64,000 nucleotides of DNA from an uncultured Thiothrix sp. (GTDB lineage Bacteria > Pseudomonadota > Gammaproteobacteria > Thiotrichales > Thiotrichaceae): contig NZ_CALFHZ010000014.1 of assembly GCF_937876535.1 (NCBI RefSeq), positions 1,343 through 65,342 on the forward strand, given 5' to 3'. The position numbers were made by a program, and so were the translations under genes. The notes beneath the pieces were generated by a model. It was not told the origin of the DNA, did no database searches, and worked only from the letters and a program-made list of their open reading frames with translations. Shown here one piece after another: positions 8,935-21,381 of the stretch (the first letter of the stretch is position 1; the number at the start of each line of letters is the position of its first letter).

Positions 8935-11229
8935 TTAGATAGCGGCTGCTTCAGCACCTTCGTAGTTCAAAGCTAAGGTATCATTCTCAACCGATACCTC
9001 AACCCGTCCACCGTTTGCCAATTCGCCGAACAATAAAGCATCCGCTAGTGGGCGCTTGATATGCTCTTGAATCACCCGTTCCATGGGGCGCGCACCCATG
9101 AGTGGGTCATAGCCTTTCTTTGCTAACCAATCGCGAGCCGCTTCATCGACGATGAGGCTGACACCTTTTTGTTGTAACTGCACTTCAAGCTTAATCACAA
9201 ACTTATCAACCACTGAGCGAATTACTGTATCAGTCAAGGCATTGAACTGGATAATCCCATCTAAACGATTGCGGAATTCGGGTGTAAAGATGCGTTTTAC
9301 CGCTTCCATCGAATCACTTGTATGATTTTGTTTAGTGAAGCCTAAGGATTTACGGCTAATATCTTCCGCGCCTGCATTACTGGTCATGACCAAAATCACA
9401 TTCCGAAAATCAATTTTACGCCCATTGGTATCTGTCAAAGTGCCATGATCCATTACTTGCAATAACAAGTTGAACACGTCCGGATGGGCTTTCTCGATTT
9501 CATCCAGTAACAAGACTGCATGAGGGTGTTTATTCACAGCATCTGTGAGCAAACCACCTTCGTCATAGCCGACATAGCCTGGAGGGGCACCAATCAAACG
9601 CGAAACAGTATGCCGCTCCATGTATTCAGACATATCGAAACGCAGCATCTCGACACCCATACGTAGGGCTAATTGCTTAGTAACTTCGGTTTTACCCACC
9701 CCAGTGGGACCTGCAAATAGGAAGGAACCAATAGGCTTAGTATCATCACGTAAACCCGAGCGCGCCATTTTGATTGCTGAGGTGAGCTGCTCGATTGCAG
9801 CATCTTGACCAAAGATGACCATTTTGAGATCACGCTCTAAATTCTTCAGCATATCCATATCTGAATTAGAGACTGTTTTCGGTGGAATACGCGCGATTTT
9901 CGCAACGATTTCTTCAATATCACCCACTGAAATAGTTTTCTTGCGAGTAGCTGAAGGTTTCAAGCGACGATTTGCCCCAGCCTCATCGATCACGTCAATC
10001 GCTTTATCGGGTAAGTGTCGGTCATTGATATAGCGTGCCGCTAATTCAGCGGCTGCTTTCAGCGCTGACATGGTGTACTTCACCTGATGATGATCTTCAA
10101 AGCGTGAACGCAAACCTTTGAGAATTTCATAGGTTTCCTCCACACTAGGCTCATTCACATCAATCTTTTGGAAACGACGTGCCAGAGCACGGTCTTTCTC
10201 AAAAACACTATGGTATTCTTGGAAAGTTGTTGAACCAATACACTTCAGTTCGCCTGATGACAGCACGGGCTTAATTAGATTTGAGGCATCCATCGTCCCG
10301 CCTGAGGTTGCACCTGCACCAATAATCGTGTGGATCTCATCAATGAACAGCACTGCATTCGGCTCGTCTTTAATTTGCTGAATCACTGCTTTTAAGCGTT
10401 TTTCAAAATCACCGCGATATTTAGTGCCAGCTAATAGCGATCCCATATCTAAGGAATAGATCACGGCATCTGCTAAAATCTCAGGAACTTCACCATCAAC
10501 AATCCGTTTAGCCAAGCCTTCAGCGATGGCTGTTTTACCAACCCCTGCTTCACCCACTAACAGCGGATTATTTTTGCGTCGACGACACAAGACTTGAACA
10601 GTCCTTTCAATTTCATTGTCACGGCCGATTAAAGGGTCAATACGCCCCTCTAACGCTAACTGATTGAGGTTGCTGGCAAATTGATCTAAAGGCTTTTGTT
10701 TGCCATCGCTTAATTCGGTATCTTGTTGCTCGCCATTATTCCCTGAGGAATCCATATTGCTGCCCTCATCATTATCATGCCGACCACTGATATGCTCATC
10801 TTTGCGAATCCCGTGAGATAGGAAATTCACAATATCCAGTCGCGCCACATCACGTTGCGACAAGAAAAATACTGCGTGCGATTCAGGCTCACCAAAAATG
10901 GCGACTAAAATAGCGTCACCTGTGACTTCACCCTTGCGTGAAGATTGTGCACTATAGACCGCCCGATGAATGACTCGCTGAAAACCTAAAGTCGGTTGTA
11001 CATCGCGTTGATCACTTGCAGGGAGTACCGGCGTATTATCATCAATAAAGGTTTCCAGCTCTCGTTTTAAACTGGAAATATCGACCCCACAAGCACGCAG
11101 TGCAATCGAGGCACTTGGGTTATCCAACATGGCTAATAATAAGTGCTCAACCGTGACAAATTCGTGGTGGCGCTCCCGAGCATTGCGGAATAGCGTGTTG
11201 ATTGATTCTTCCACTTCAGCGCTTAACAT
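8935..11229 (-). CDS. clpA: ATP-dependent Clp protease ATP-binding subunit ClpA
   Basis: Two AAA+ modules (GEAGVGKTA and GPTGVGKTE) and a Clp N-domain. clpS lies upstream. Confidence 0.97.
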   Translation of the reverse strand: MLSAEVEESINTLFRNARERHHEFVTVEHLLLAMLDNPSASIALRACGVDISSLKRELETFIDDNTPVLPASDQRDVQPTLGFQRVIHRAVYSAQSSRKGEVTGDAILVAIFGEPESHAVFFLSQRDVARLDIVNFLSHGIRKDEHISGRHDNDEGSNMDSSGNNGEQQDTELSDGKQKPLDQFASNLNQLALEGRIDPLIGRDNEIERTVQVLCRRRKNNPLLVGEAGVGKTAIAEGLAKRIVDGEVPEILADAVIYSLDMGSLLAGTKYRGDFEKRLKAVIQQIKDEPNAVLFIDEIHTIIGAGATSGGTMDASNLIKPVLSSGELKCIGSTTFQEYHSVFEKDRALARRFQKIDVNEPSVEETYEILKGLRSRFEDHHQVKYTMSALKAAAELAARYINDRHLPDKAIDVIDEAGANRRLKPSATRKKTISVGDIEEIVAKIARIPPKTVSNSDMDMLKNLERDLKMVIFGQDAAIEQLTSAIKMARSGLRDDTKPIGSFLFAGPTGVGKTEVTKQLALRMGVEMLRFDMSEYMERHTVSRLIGAPPGYVGYDEGGLLTDAVNKHPHAVLLLDEIEKAHPDVFNLLLQVMDHGTLTDTNGRKIDFRNVILVMTSNAGAEDISRKSLGFTKQNHTSDSMEAVKRIFTPEFRNRLDGIIQFNALTDTVIRSVVDKFVIKLEVQLQQKGVSLIVDEAARDWLAKKGYDPLMGARPMERVIQEHIKRPLADALLFGELANGGRVEVSVENDTLALNYEGAEAAAI

Positions 11230-11241
11230 AATTTTCGTCCC

Positions 11242-11571
11242 TTATGCCTCTTCCATCGTACAGAGTAGCGGATGCTGATTTTCACGTGCATAACGATTCA
11301 CCTGTGCGACCTTAGTCTCGGCGATATCACGTGTATACACTCCACACACTCCCTTGCCCCGGGTATGAACATGTAACATCACGCGAGTTGCGGTTTCATG
11401 ATCTAATCGGAAAAAAATCTGCAACACGTCTATTACAAAATCCATCGGTGTGAAGTCATCGTTTAAAAGTATAACTTTAAAACGTGCCGGTTCCTTCACC
11501 TTCGGACGGCTGTCCTGTACCGCTACACCAGAATCATGATCACCAGAGTCTTGTTTATCTTTGCCTGCCAT
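11242..11571 (-). CDS. clpS: ClpS adaptor protein
   Basis: Contains [16 protein letters not shown] and the conserved C-terminal core, directly upstream of clpA. Confidence 0.95.
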   Translation of the reverse strand: MAGKDKQDSGDHDSGVAVQDSRPKVKEPARFKVILLNDDFTPMDFVIDVLQIFFRLDHETATRVMLHVHTRGKGVCGVYTRDIAETKVAQVNRYARENQHPLLCTMEEA

Positions 11572-11757
11572 TAAAAATACAACTCCAACTTAAGTTAGTG
11601 CATGGCTAACTTAACTAGTTAACTGAATCCATCAGCCCTTGTCATTATTCCTGACTTGGACTTGGGTATTTATTCATTATTGGGATGAAACTGAGAAAGT
11701 AAAGTGGAGAGGGGTAAATAGCGCATTAACTAATAAGGCTTACAGCTGCTAGGAAAC

Positions 11758-11784
11758 GAACAGTGCTTAAGGCAAGCACTGTTC
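11758..11784 (-). terminator. Hairpin downstream of icd
   Basis: GAACAGTGCTT, loop, AAGCACTGTTC, a perfect 11-bp stem 12 nt after the icd stop. The T-tract is weak. Confidence 0.5.
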
Positions 11785-11795
11785 TAGAGAAAAAC

Positions 11796-13049
11796 TTACA
11801 TATGTTCGATGATATTATCACCAAATTCTGAGCAACTAATCTCTTCCGCAGTATCAATTAAACGCGCAAAGTCAAAGGTAACCCGCCCTGAAGCAATCGC
11901 ACCCTCAACCCCTTTTACCACTAAATCTGCAGCTTCAACCCACCCCATATGGCGGAGCATCATTTCTGCAGACAGAATAATGGAGCTTGGGTTCACTTTA
12001 TCTTGGCCAGCAAAAGTAGGTGCCGTGCCATGAGTCGCTTCAAACATGGCGATGGTATCCGACATATTTGCACCAGGCGCAATACCAATACCACCCACTT
12101 GGGCTGCTAAAGCATCAGAAATATAGTCACCATTTAAGTTTAGGGTCGCAACTACCGAATAATCTTCTGGGCGGAGTAGAATCTGCTGTAAGAAGTTATC
12201 TGCAATCACATCTTTAATGATGATTTCTTTGCCGGTTTTGGGATTTTTAAAGGAACACCAAGGGCCACCTTTAATCTCTACTGCACCAAACTCTTGTTTA
12301 GCCAGCTCATAGCCCCAAGTTTTAAAGCCACCCTCGGTAAATTTCATGATATTACCTTTATGCACAATCGTCATAGAGGGCAAATCATTATCGATAGTGT
12401 ATTGAATTGCTTTACGGACTAAACGCTTAGTCCCTTCAGAAGAAACGGGCTTCACCCCAATCCCTGAAGTTTCTGGGAAGCGAATTTTCGTTACACCCAT
12501 TTCTTTAATTAAGAAATTGATAACTTTTTTTGCTTCAGCCGAATCGGCACTCCATTCAATGCCCGCATAAATGTCTTCAGCGTTTTCACGGAAGATCACC
12601 ATATTAGTTTTTTGTGGCTCACGTACCGGGCTAGGCGTACCTTCATAATAGCGAACCGGGCGTAAGCAAATATACAGATCTAAATCTTGGCGCAATTTCA
12701 CATTCAGGGAGCGAATACCGCCACCGACTGGAGTCGTCAAAGGCCCTTTAATAGACACCACAAAATCTTTAACCGCACGGACAGTTTCCTCAGGCAACCA
12801 AACGTCTTCACCATAGACGGTATTGGCTTTTTCGCCTGCGTAAATTTCCATCCATTGAATTTGACGCTTGCCACCATAAGCGCGCTCAACCGCCGTATCG
12901 ATGACCTTGATCATGACAGGGGTAATATCCATCCCAATACCATCCCCTTCAACGAAAGGAATGATCGGCTTGTCGGGAACATTGAGCGAAAAGTCGGGAT
13001 TAGTAGTAATTTTCTGACCGCTAGTTGGCACCTTAACGTGTTTATACAT
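11796..13049 (-). CDS. icd: NADP-dependent isocitrate dehydrogenase
   Basis: 417 aa, E. coli Icd-like ([27 protein letters not shown]). Confidence 0.95.
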   Translation of the reverse strand: MYKHVKVPTSGQKITTNPDFSLNVPDKPIIPFVEGDGIGMDITPVMIKVIDTAVERAYGGKRQIQWMEIYAGEKANTVYGEDVWLPEETVRAVKDFVVSIKGPLTTPVGGGIRSLNVKLRQDLDLYICLRPVRYYEGTPSPVREPQKTNMVIFRENAEDIYAGIEWSADSAEAKKVINFLIKEMGVTKIRFPETSGIGVKPVSSEGTKRLVRKAIQYTIDNDLPSMTIVHKGNIMKFTEGGFKTWGYELAKQEFGAVEIKGGPWCSFKNPKTGKEIIIKDVIADNFLQQILLRPEDYSVVATLNLNGDYISDALAAQVGGIGIAPGANMSDTIAMFEATHGTAPTFAGQDKVNPSSIILSAEMMLRHMGWVEAADLVVKGVEGAIASGRVTFDFARLIDTAEEISCSEFGDNIIEHM

Positions 13050-13197
13050 TGGCTTAAAGTTCTCCTGAATTTATTTGATTTCTCAAGCGCGCGGACATTA
13101 TAGAACAATCTCTGCGTGAAGGTGCAGCATTTCTCTGTGCCTAAGCGACTCAAAGCAGCTAGAATAAGCCTATTCAAAAGATTAGGAACCTAAAGCG

Positions 13198-13647
13198 ATG
13201 GTCTGGAAGCCACGGGTAGTTGTCGCGAGTGTTATTGAGCAAGCAGGGCGATTTTTACTGGTTGAAGAGGTCATTAATGGCGTACAAGTCATTAACCAAC
13301 CAGCTGGGCATCTTGAGCATGGCGAAAGCTTAATTGAGGCTGTCAAGCGCGAAACGCTAGAAGAAACGGGCTACCGTTTTGAACCAACCGCACTACTAGG
13401 CATTTTAATGCTGAACTCTGATGATCCGGAACGGGTCTATTTACGTTTCACCTTTACGGGGGATTTATTGGAGAAAGTGCCTGGCTATCAGATTGACCCT
13501 GATATTATTGCAACTCATTGGCTCAACCCTACAGAAATTCAGTCACATCCACGTTTAAGTCCACGTAGTGATTTAGTCTTCCAAGCAATCAATCTCTATA
13601 ACAGTGGTCAACGTTTGCCTTTAGAAAGTTTAGTCTTCACTCGATGA
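13198..13647 (+). CDS. nudJ: NUDIX hydrolase
   Basis: The Nudix box is [22 protein letters not shown]. The symbol rests on its position between icd and mnmA, as in E. coli. Confidence 0.75.
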   Translation: MVWKPRVVVASVIEQAGRFLLVEEVINGVQVINQPAGHLEHGESLIEAVKRETLEETGYRFEPTALLGILMLNSDDPERVYLRFTFTGDLLEKVPGYQIDPDIIATHWLNPTEIQSHPRLSPRSDLVFQAINLYNSGQRLPLESLVFTR

Positions 13648-14741
13648 AACCGCGCGTTATTGTTGGCTTATCAGGGGGCGTTGACTCCTCAGTTGCAGCT
13701 TTATTGCTTTTAGAACAAGGCTATCAAGTAGAAGGCTTGTTTATGAAAAACTGGGAAGAAGACGATACCGCTGAATACTGCTCAGCCACAGTAGACTTAG
13801 CCGATGCACAATCCGTTGCCGATCAACTGGGTATTCGCCTGCATACCGTCAATTTCGCTAGTGAGTATTGGGATTATGTATTTACTTATTTTTTAAATGA
13901 ATACCAAGCGGGGCGTACCCCCAATCCCGATATTATGTGCAATAAAGAAATCAAGTTTAAAGCCTTCCTCGATTTTGCTTTAAGTATGGGCGCAGATTTC
14001 ATCGCCACTGGGCATTATGCGCGCATTCACCATTTAGAGGATGGCTCAAGGCAAATGCTCAAAGGAGTGGACGATAATAAGGATCAAACTTATTTTTTGT
14101 ATACTCTGCAACAAGAACAGCTCAAGCACAGTTTATTTCCGATTGGACATCTGCCTAAAACTCAAGTAAGGAAACTTGCTGAACAACAAGGTTTCAGTAC
14201 TGCCCGTAAGAAAGATAGCACTGGTATTTGCTTTATTGGCGAGCGGAAATTTCGTGATTTTCTCCAACGCTTCCTTCCGGCTCAGCCGGGCGCGATTGTT
14301 AGTATTGAAGGGACTGTTTTAGGTGAGCATCATGGCTTGATGTATTACACCTTGGGACAACGTCAAGGTTTAGGCATTGGTGGGCGTAAAGATACCCCTG
14401 AAGCGCCTTGGTTTGTGATTGCGAAAAACTTAGAGAAGAACGAATTAGTTGTTGCCCAAGGTAATCAAAATGACTTTTTGCTGAAATCCTTTTTAGTAGC
14501 CTCCCAACTACATTGGGTAGCCTGCTCTGCACCAGCTCAAAGCTTTGAGTGTACGGCTAGAATCCGGCATCGGCAGCCTGTACAAGAATGTTTCGTTGAA
14601 CTTAGCTCACAGGGCGTTGCTAAAGTCTGTTTTAAGCAAACACAGCGTGCAATCACTCCAGGGCAATCAATCGTCTTTTATCATAATGATACTTGTCTAG
14701 GGGGTGGAATAATTGACGATATGCAAACGCATTGTGCCTAG
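13644..14741 (+). CDS. mnmA: tRNA 2-thiouridine(34) synthase
   Basis: Contains the PP-loop [10 protein letters not shown] and the conserved TPNPDIMCN and [11 protein letters not shown] motifs. Confidence 0.95.
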   Translation: MKPRVIVGLSGGVDSSVAALLLLEQGYQVEGLFMKNWEEDDTAEYCSATVDLADAQSVADQLGIRLHTVNFASEYWDYVFTYFLNEYQAGRTPNPDIMCNKEIKFKAFLDFALSMGADFIATGHYARIHHLEDGSRQMLKGVDDNKDQTYFLYTLQQEQLKHSLFPIGHLPKTQVRKLAEQQGFSTARKKDSTGICFIGERKFRDFLQRFLPAQPGAIVSIEGTVLGEHHGLMYYTLGQRQGLGIGGRKDTPEAPWFVIAKNLEKNELVVAQGNQNDFLLKSFLVASQLHWVACSAPAQSFECTARIRHRQPVQECFVELSSQGVAKVCFKQTQRAITPGQSIVFYHNDTCLGGGIIDDMQTHCA

Positions 14742-14808
14742 GTCTACTTGATCTTTTCCAGATTTAATTATATCTATCCTTTTTCATAGCAAACTCCAGA
14801 TAAGAACT

Positions 14809-15456
14809 GTGCAAGCCAATAATAGAAATCGAACTTTCGCTCTCGCTGCTTTGTTTCAAAATGTTGAGGGTGTCAATCAAATCGCCACGTCAGGCCAAGT
14901 GAATAATGAGTTGCTGACCCAAGCGGTTAATAGCTTATTGATGGAAAGCTCCGATGAAATCCAAGATTTGTATGGTGGAGTCGTCGGTTTAAAGACAGGT
15001 TTAGAAGTTTTATTGTATCAATTAGGTGCAGGACGGCTCACTCCTGAAGGTAAGCCCAAAAATCTTGAAGCCACACGCTATGCAGTCAACTTACTTTATC
15101 TTGAAAAGAAATTAAGCAATGACCAGACTACCTTTCGTACTGTATTACAAGGCATTGAATCCGCTCAACAGCAATTAGAATTTTTCTCCCTTACCCACCC
15201 TAATATGATCGCACGTTTAGCAGAGCTGTATACGCAAACGATTAGTAAGATAGGGCCACGCATTATCATTAAAGGCGAACAACAACATCTGTCTAACCCA
15301 GACAATGCTGCCAAAATTCGTGTTTTGTTGTTTGCAGGGATTCGAGCTGCTTTGTTGTGGCGGCAAGCAGGTGGTGATCGGTGGAAGCTATTATTTTCAC
15401 GTGGCAAATTGCAGGCTGAAGCTCAGCAATTGTTGAAATCTGCTAAAGCTTGGTGA
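14809..15456 (+). CDS. hflD: High-frequency-of-lysogenization protein HflD
   Basis: Starts with GTG. It shows the HflD-like pattern (LAALFQ, AVNLLYLEKKL) and lies downstream of mnmA. Confidence 0.8.
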   Translation: MQANNRNRTFALAALFQNVEGVNQIATSGQVNNELLTQAVNSLLMESSDEIQDLYGGVVGLKTGLEVLLYQLGAGRLTPEGKPKNLEATRYAVNLLYLEKKLSNDQTTFRTVLQGIESAQQQLEFFSLTHPNMIARLAELYTQTISKIGPRIIIKGEQQHLSNPDNAAKIRVLLFAGIRAALLWRQAGGDRWKLLFSRGKLQAEAQQLLKSAKAW

Positions 15457-15539
15457 TTTCCTAGTTTTATCGAGGGATACGCCAATCTAGCAGGCCACCC
15501 AAAAGTGTAAACAAGCGAACAATGTTTCTAGCTTCAAGC

Positions 15540-16436
15540 TTAAGCCGGAAACACCCCCGTCGAGATATACCGATCTCCCCGATCACAGATAATTGTGACA
15601 ATAGTAGCATTCTCTAGCACTTGGGATAAACGTAAAGCTGCAGCCATTGCTCCACCGGAAGACACACCGCAGAAAATTCCCTCTTCCGTAGCTAAGTGTC
15701 GCATCATAGTTTCAGCTTCACTTTGAGTCACATCTATTTCCAGATCAACCCGTTGAGCTTCAAAGATGCCAGGTAAGTACTCGGGTGACCAACGCCGGAT
15801 TCCCGGTATCGCATCTTGTTGCGTGGCAGGACGCACCCCAACAATTTGAATCTTAGGATTTTGCGCTTTTAAATAAGCGCTAGTACCCATGATCGTCCCA
15901 GTTGTCCCCATTGCACTCACAAAATGAGTAATCTGGCCTTGGGTATCCTGCCAAATTTCTGGGCCGGTACTGAGGATATGTGCAGCTGGATTGTCAGGAT
16001 TTGCAAATTGATTTAGGACTTTGCCTTTGCCCTCACGCTCTAATTGTAAAGCGAGATCGCGTGCGCCCTCCATCCCACCTTGTTCTTTACTCACTAATAG
16101 CAATTCTGCGCCATAAGCTTTCATGGAGGCACGCCGCTCCATACTTAAACTATCGGGCATAATCAAGATCATTTTATAGCCCTTAATCGCTGCTACCATC
16201 GCAAGGGCAATGCCGGTATTACCACTAGTGGCTTCAATTAAAGTATCACCTGGTTGAATTTCACCCCGCAATTCAGCTTGACGAATCATGTTTAAAGCAG
16301 GGCGATCTTTGACTGAGCCAGCCGGATTATTACCCTCTAATTTAGCCAAAATGCTGTTGGTAGTATTGCCAGGTAAACGTTGCAAACGCACGAGCGGGGT
16401 TTTGCCGATAAAGTCTTCAATCGTTGGGTAATGCAT
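15540..16436 (-). CDS. cysM: Cysteine synthase B
   Basis: 298 aa, collinear with E. coli CysM (LEGNNPAGSVKDRPAL, TSGNTGIALAM). Confidence 0.85.
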   Translation of the reverse strand: MHYPTIEDFIGKTPLVRLQRLPGNTTNSILAKLEGNNPAGSVKDRPALNMIRQAELRGEIQPGDTLIEATSGNTGIALAMVAAIKGYKMILIMPDSLSMERRASMKAYGAELLLVSKEQGGMEGARDLALQLEREGKGKVLNQFANPDNPAAHILSTGPEIWQDTQGQITHFVSAMGTTGTIMGTSAYLKAQNPKIQIVGVRPATQQDAIPGIRRWSPEYLPGIFEAQRVDLEIDVTQSEAETMMRHLATEEGIFCGVSSGGAMAAALRLSQVLENATIVTIICDRGDRYISTGVFPA

Positions 16437-16441
16437 TCTTG

Positions 16442-16822
16442 TTATCCTATTAAAATCACGAAAGCAACCGCATACTCACGCTCATCCGCGAGCGAAACTT
16501 GGATTTCTTTTACACCTAAGCGCTCTGCCATTGCTAAAGCTGTACCGTGTAAATGAATCTGCGGCTGACCTAAATCGGTGTGGCTGGTTTCGATTTCAAA
16601 AAAGCTCGCATCTTTGCCAATCCCCGTGCCTAAGGCTTTTGCCACTGCTTCTTTAGTCGCAAAACGTTTGGCTAACCACGCAGCTTTCTGGCTACTTTCT
16701 TTAAACTTCACTAACTCTTGAGGATGTAAAATACGTTCACTAAAACGCTCAGCTTGGCGCTCAAGCAAATGCTCAATGCGTATAATTTCGACAATATCCG
16801 TACCAATTCCAATGACACGCAT
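16442..16822 (-). CDS. acpS: Holo-ACP synthase
   Basis: 126 aa, with IGTDIVEI and the FATKEAVAKALGTG motif. Confidence 0.92.
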   Translation of the reverse strand: MRVIGIGTDIVEIIRIEHLLERQAERFSERILHPQELVKFKESSQKAAWLAKRFATKEAVAKALGTGIGKDASFFEIETSHTDLGQPQIHLHGTALAMAERLGVKEIQVSLADEREYAVAFVILIG

Positions 16823-17514
16823 TAGCTTAACTCACCAAGTAGCTGGCGAGCATATAAGGTTTTGCCTTTAAGTAAGACACGCCATAAGCGATCTAAGACG
16901 AATCGCAGCTCACGCCAAGCGGCGAGTGGCATATGTTCCGGAGTACGCAGAGCCAATAATAAACCACCTGAAATCAATGTATCGTTTGGCTCTGCTAATA
17001 CGGTATCGGCAATGACTAGACCAAATTCAGGGCGGAACCGATAGCCTAATTCTGCACGCAGTTCAAAACCTGCTTGATCTTCTTGCCAAAGATTAAGGCT
17101 ATAACCACAAGCCTCTAATAATCCTAGCTCTAAACGCATTACAGCCTGAAGATTTTCACCCGCTTGCAGGGTATAAAGTACTTCTCGATAACCTTGAAAT
17201 AGTTCAGGAACTGGCTCGTGGGTTTGAAAAGCGCGTAAGAAAAGTTCGTTTAGATAAAGCCCTTGCACTAAAGCGCCTTGTTGCAAACGATAGCGACCTT
17301 TTTCTTCGGTTTGCGTGAGAGTGAAAACCTCGCCACGTCCAACCCAACTCGCATCCAATAAACGAAACGGCTCTAACATACCTTTGATACGCGCCGCCTG
17401 CTTTTTAGAATAGCGGGCGACCACACTGATGCGCCCTTCATCTTGAGTGAATAAATCCAACAATAAGCTATTATCGCGAAAATTATTGCGCCGCAAGACG
17501 AAAGCAGGCTTCAC
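16822..17514 (-). CDS. recO: DNA repair protein RecO
   Basis: The N-terminal OB-fold pattern is typical of RecO. It lies upstream of acpS and overlaps it by 1 nt. Confidence 0.85.
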   Translation of the reverse strand: MKPAFVLRRNNFRDNSLLLDLFTQDEGRISVVARYSKKQAARIKGMLEPFRLLDASWVGRGEVFTLTQTEEKGRYRLQQGALVQGLYLNELFLRAFQTHEPVPELFQGYREVLYTLQAGENLQAVMRLELGLLEACGYSLNLWQEDQAGFELRAELGYRFRPEFGLVIADTVLAEPNDTLISGGLLLALRTPEHMPLAAWRELRFVLDRLWRVLLKGKTLYARQLLGELS

Positions 17515-18080
17515 ATCCCGACTCCCACTAAAGCGAGTACCCCTAAGATCGCGAAAATCCCTGCTGCAACCGCATGAATCAGCTTGAGGGGTAGTTTATG
17601 TGCTAACTTATCACCGATAAAAACCGCAGGCACATTCGCCAGCATCATCCCTAACGTCGTACCTGCCACTACTGCAACCAAGGCTTGATATTGCGCAGCT
17701 AAAGCCACGGTAGCTACTTGTGTTTTATCGCCCATTTCGGCAAAAAAGAACGCAATCAAAGTAGTCGCAAACACCCCAAAACGCGAAGCTTTGACGTTTG
17801 CATCCTCTTCGTCCAACTTATCTGGAATCAGCATCCATACGGCCATTGCTAAAAAACCAAGACCTAAAATCCAACGTAAAGCATTGGGGCCTAAGACTGA
17901 GGTCAACCAAGTACCGACAGCACCAGCCAGTGCATGGTTAAGCAAAGTAGCAACTAGAATACCGAGGATAATCGGTAAAGGTTTACGAAATTTAGCTGCT
18001 AAAACTAAAGATAAAAGCTGGGTTTTGTCGCCCATTTCTGCAAGTGCGACAATCCCCGTTGAAATTAAAAAAGCTTCCAA
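17511..18080 (-). CDS. UPF0016 (TMEM165/GDT1) family cation transporter
   Basis: Two copies of the E-x-G-D-K-T motif (AEMGDKTQ) in a 6-TM protein. Confidence 0.85.
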   Translation of the reverse strand: MEAFLISTGIVALAEMGDKTQLLSLVLAAKFRKPLPIILGILVATLLNHALAGAVGTWLTSVLGPNALRWILGLGFLAMAVWMLIPDKLDEEDANVKASRFGVFATTLIAFFFAEMGDKTQVATVALAAQYQALVAVVAGTTLGMMLANVPAVFIGDKLAHKLPLKLIHAVAAGIFAILGVLALVGVGM

Positions 18081-18168
18081 AAATACGACTCCTATTCAAT
18101 CAGCGCAGGAGTGTACTGAGTAGCAAGTCGAATGCCAATCTTGTTTTACTACAAAGCTTTGCATGAAC

Positions 18169-21100
18169 CTAGACCTTTACCTCAGCTTGAACTACTGTTT
18201 TTGAGGACTCTTCTTGAATTTTTTCAGGGAAGATTTTCTTCACCACCAAGAAGAATAAAGGTGCAAAAAAGATCCCTAAAATGGTAGCAGCCATCATACC
18301 CCCTAACACACCCGTACCAACTGCATGCCGACTTCCAGCCCCTGCTCCAGTGCTCAAAACCAACGGCAATACGCCTAAAATAAAAGCAAAAGAAGTCATG
18401 AGAATCGGACGCAAACGAATGCGTACCGCCTCCAAAGTAGCTGGAATTAAGGCATAGCCTTGTTTAAGCAGATTGCGTGCAAATTCGACAATCATAATTG
18501 CATTCTTAGCAGCTAAACCAATGGTGGTGAGTAAACCAACTTGGAAATACACATCATTATTTAAACCACGAATATCGGTGGCTAGTACCGCACCTAACAC
18601 CCCTAGTGGAACGACTAAAATCACTGCAAACGGAATCGACCAGCTTTCGTATAAGGCTGCGAGTGCTAAAAACACCACTAAGACGGATAAAGCATAGAGC
18701 AAAGGAGCCTGAGCACCTGATTTAGCCTCCTGATAAGATAAGCCAGTCCACTCATAACCAATCCCTTCCGGTAATTTACCGACTAGATCAGCCACAATCT
18801 GCATAGCAGTGCCGGAACTGATGCCATCCGCAGGTGCACCATTCACCTCTACCGAACTCACGCCATTAAAACGTTCTAAGAGGGGTGGCCCCTTGGTCCA
18901 ACTGCCTTTTGAGAAACTCGAAAACGGCACCATATCGCCCGCTGTATTTTTAACGAACCAACGATCTAAATCTTCCGGCATCATCCGGCTAGTCGCTTCA
19001 CCTTGCAGATAGACTTTCTTAACTCGCCCACGATCAATAAAATTGCTCACATACGAGCCACCCCAAGCGGTTGAAAGGGTATCATTGATCGTATTGATGG
19101 AAATCCCCATTGCACTCGCTTGAAGCACATCAATATCGACTTGATATTGGCTACTGTCGTCCATGCCATTCGCCCTTACCGCCGTTAAACGTGGATCTTG
19201 CGAAGTAGCTTTGATGAACTCATCCCGTGCTTTCATTAAAGCCTCATGGCCTAAACCCGCACGATCTTGAATCTCGACCGAAAAACCTGCGGAATTCCCC
19301 AAACCGCGCACGGCAGGTGGAGCATTTACCACTACCCGCGCCTCTTGAATGGCACGCAACTTACCAGAAGCACGTTTGGCAATCGCTTGTGCGGTCTGAT
19401 CCGGCCGCTTACGCTGATCCCAATCGACTAAGCGCACAAATAAGCGCGCCACATTTTGCGCATTCCCTGCGGTACCAACTCCACCCACTGCCATCACCGC
19501 ACTGAGAGTTTCTTTTTCATTCTCTAAAAAATACTTTTCGACTTTAGCAACCACCTTTAAAGTGTTTTCTTGCGTCGCTCCAGCAGGTAAACGTACTTGG
19601 ACAAATAAAGTGCCTTGGTCTTCATCCGGTAAGAAAGAAGTCGGTAAACGCACAAATAAATAGCTCATCAGCCCAATAATTAGAAAATACACCAGCACAT
19701 AACGTGTTGGCTTATTGAGCATTCCACCAACCATTGCTTGATAGCGCTGACTAGAACGATTGAAACCTCGATTAAACCAACCAGCCCAGCCTGTTTTATC
19801 TTTTACATCGCTCGCTTTTAGAAGGCTGGCACATAAAGCGGGCGTCAGAATGAGTGCTACCCCCACCGACAGAGTAATCGCCGAAACCAAGGTAATAGAG
19901 AACTGTCGATAGATCACGCCAGTTGAGCCACCAAAGAAAGCCATCGGCACAAATACTGCAGCCAAAACTAAGGCAATCCCAATCAGAGCGCCAGTGATTT
20001 GCCGCATGGATTTACGCGTCGCTTCGCGGGGCGATAACCCTTCGTCATGCATTAAGCGTTCGACGTTCTCCACTACCACAATTGCATCATCTACCAACAG
20101 ACCAATCGCCAAGACCATTGCAAACATGGTGAGGGTATTAATCGAATAACCAAACATATTCAAAATGGCCAAAGTGCCCAGTAAAACAATCGGCACGGTA
20201 ATTGCTGGAATTAAAGTCGCGCGGAAGCTTTGTAAGAACACAAACATGACGATAAAAACTAAGACCATCGCCTCAGCCAAAGTCACTAATACGCCTTCAA
20301 TTGAGATTTTAATAAAAGGCGAGGCATCATAGGTAATGATGGCAGTAAGACCTTTTGGGAAATAAGCCTCTAATTCTTTCAGTTTGTCTTTAACGGCTTC
20401 TGCGGTAGTTAAAGCATTCGCACCACTGGCTAAAGTAACAGATAAACCACCTGAAGGTTTGCCACCAATCCGTGATACCACATCATAGCTTTCACTCCCA
20501 AGCTCTACACGGGCAATATCTGCTAAGCGCACTACCCCACCGGTGGAATTAGCCTTTACCGTAATCGCATTAAATTGCTCAGGGGTTTGTAGCGTAGATT
20601 GAGCGGTGACTGTGACATTGAGGGGTTGATTCGGTACGGCTGGCGTACCACCAAGCTGCCCTGCTGAAACTTGCGTATTCTGCGACTGAATAGCGTTTTT
20701 TACTTCAGTCGTGGTGATTTTATACGTACTCATTTTCAGTGGATCGAGCCAAATCCGCATCGCATAAGGTGAGCCGAAAATTTGCGTACTACCGACCCCT
20801 TCCACACGGCTAAGAGGGTCTTGAATATTAGTGGCAATATAATCAGCAATATCGGTCTGGCTCATACTGCCATCTTCAGAGATAAAGCCAATAATCTGCA
20901 AGAAGCCACTCGAACTCTTACTCACTCGTGTACCTTGTTGCTGTACCGCAGCCGGTAACTGCGGGAGCGCTAGCTGGAGCTTATTTTGCACTTCAACCTG
21001 AGCTAAATCAGGATCGGTATCCGCAGAAAAGCTCAAATCAACCCTAGAGCTACCTGCCGAGCTACTCGTGGAAGCAATATATTGCAAACCATCTAAGCCA

Positions 21101-21318
21101 GTCATTTTCTGCTCAATGATTTGTGTCACCGAATCCTCGACGGTCTTAGCAGAAGCACCAGGGTAAGAGGCAGAGACAGAAATCGTGGGTGGAGCAATAT
21201 CGGGATATTGTGCAATCGGAAGTTTGGAGATAGATAAAACACCCGCTAACATCACTATAATAGCAATGACCCAAGCGAATATCGGTCGGTCAATAAAAAA
21301 TAAGGACATGCTCGCCAT
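18169..21318 (-). CDS. RND efflux permease, AcrB/MexB (HAE1) type
   Basis: 1049 aa with the canonical N-terminus FFIDRPIFAWVIAI and 12-TM topology. No adaptor or outer-membrane factor gene is adjacent. Confidence 0.95.
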   Translation of the reverse strand: MASMSLFFIDRPIFAWVIAIIVMLAGVLSISKLPIAQYPDIAPPTISVSASYPGASAKTVEDSVTQIIEQKMTGLDGLQYIASTSSSAGSSRVDLSFSADTDPDLAQVEVQNKLQLALPQLPAAVQQQGTRVSKSSSGFLQIIGFISEDGSMSQTDIADYIATNIQDPLSRVEGVGSTQIFGSPYAMRIWLDPLKMSTYKITTTEVKNAIQSQNTQVSAGQLGGTPAVPNQPLNVTVTAQSTLQTPEQFNAITVKANSTGGVVRLADIARVELGSESYDVVSRIGGKPSGGLSVTLASGANALTTAEAVKDKLKELEAYFPKGLTAIITYDASPFIKISIEGVLVTLAEAMVLVFIVMFVFLQSFRATLIPAITVPIVLLGTLAILNMFGYSINTLTMFAMVLAIGLLVDDAIVVVENVERLMHDEGLSPREATRKSMRQITGALIGIALVLAAVFVPMAFFGGSTGVIYRQFSITLVSAITLSVGVALILTPALCASLLKASDVKDKTGWAGWFNRGFNRSSQRYQAMVGGMLNKPTRYVLVYFLIIGLMSYLFVRLPTSFLPDEDQGTLFVQVRLPAGATQENTLKVVAKVEKYFLENEKETLSAVMAVGGVGTAGNAQNVARLFVRLVDWDQRKRPDQTAQAIAKRASGKLRAIQEARVVVNAPPAVRGLGNSAGFSVEIQDRAGLGHEALMKARDEFIKATSQDPRLTAVRANGMDDSSQYQVDIDVLQASAMGISINTINDTLSTAWGGSYVSNFIDRGRVKKVYLQGEATSRMMPEDLDRWFVKNTAGDMVPFSSFSKGSWTKGPPLLERFNGVSSVEVNGAPADGISSGTAMQIVADLVGKLPEGIGYEWTGLSYQEAKSGAQAPLLYALSVLVVFLALAALYESWSIPFAVILVVPLGVLGAVLATDIRGLNNDVYFQVGLLTTIGLAAKNAIMIVEFARNLLKQGYALIPATLEAVRIRLRPILMTSFAFILGVLPLVLSTGAGAGSRHAVGTGVLGGMMAATILGIFFAPLFFLVVKKIFPEKIQEESSKTVVQAEVKV

Positions 21319-21381
21319 CCACGCAAAACCTAGGTAATGCGTGGCAGTTTAAAGCTTTCAGCGGGTACGAACAAACCTTAG

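Noticed and set aside
21319-21381. Hairpin CCACGCA...TGCGTGG between the 961-aa gene and the RND gene as a terminator.
   Set aside because: It has no U-tract and abuts the RND start codon. It is more likely a translational or mRNA-processing structure, so I still consider the two genes co-transcribed.
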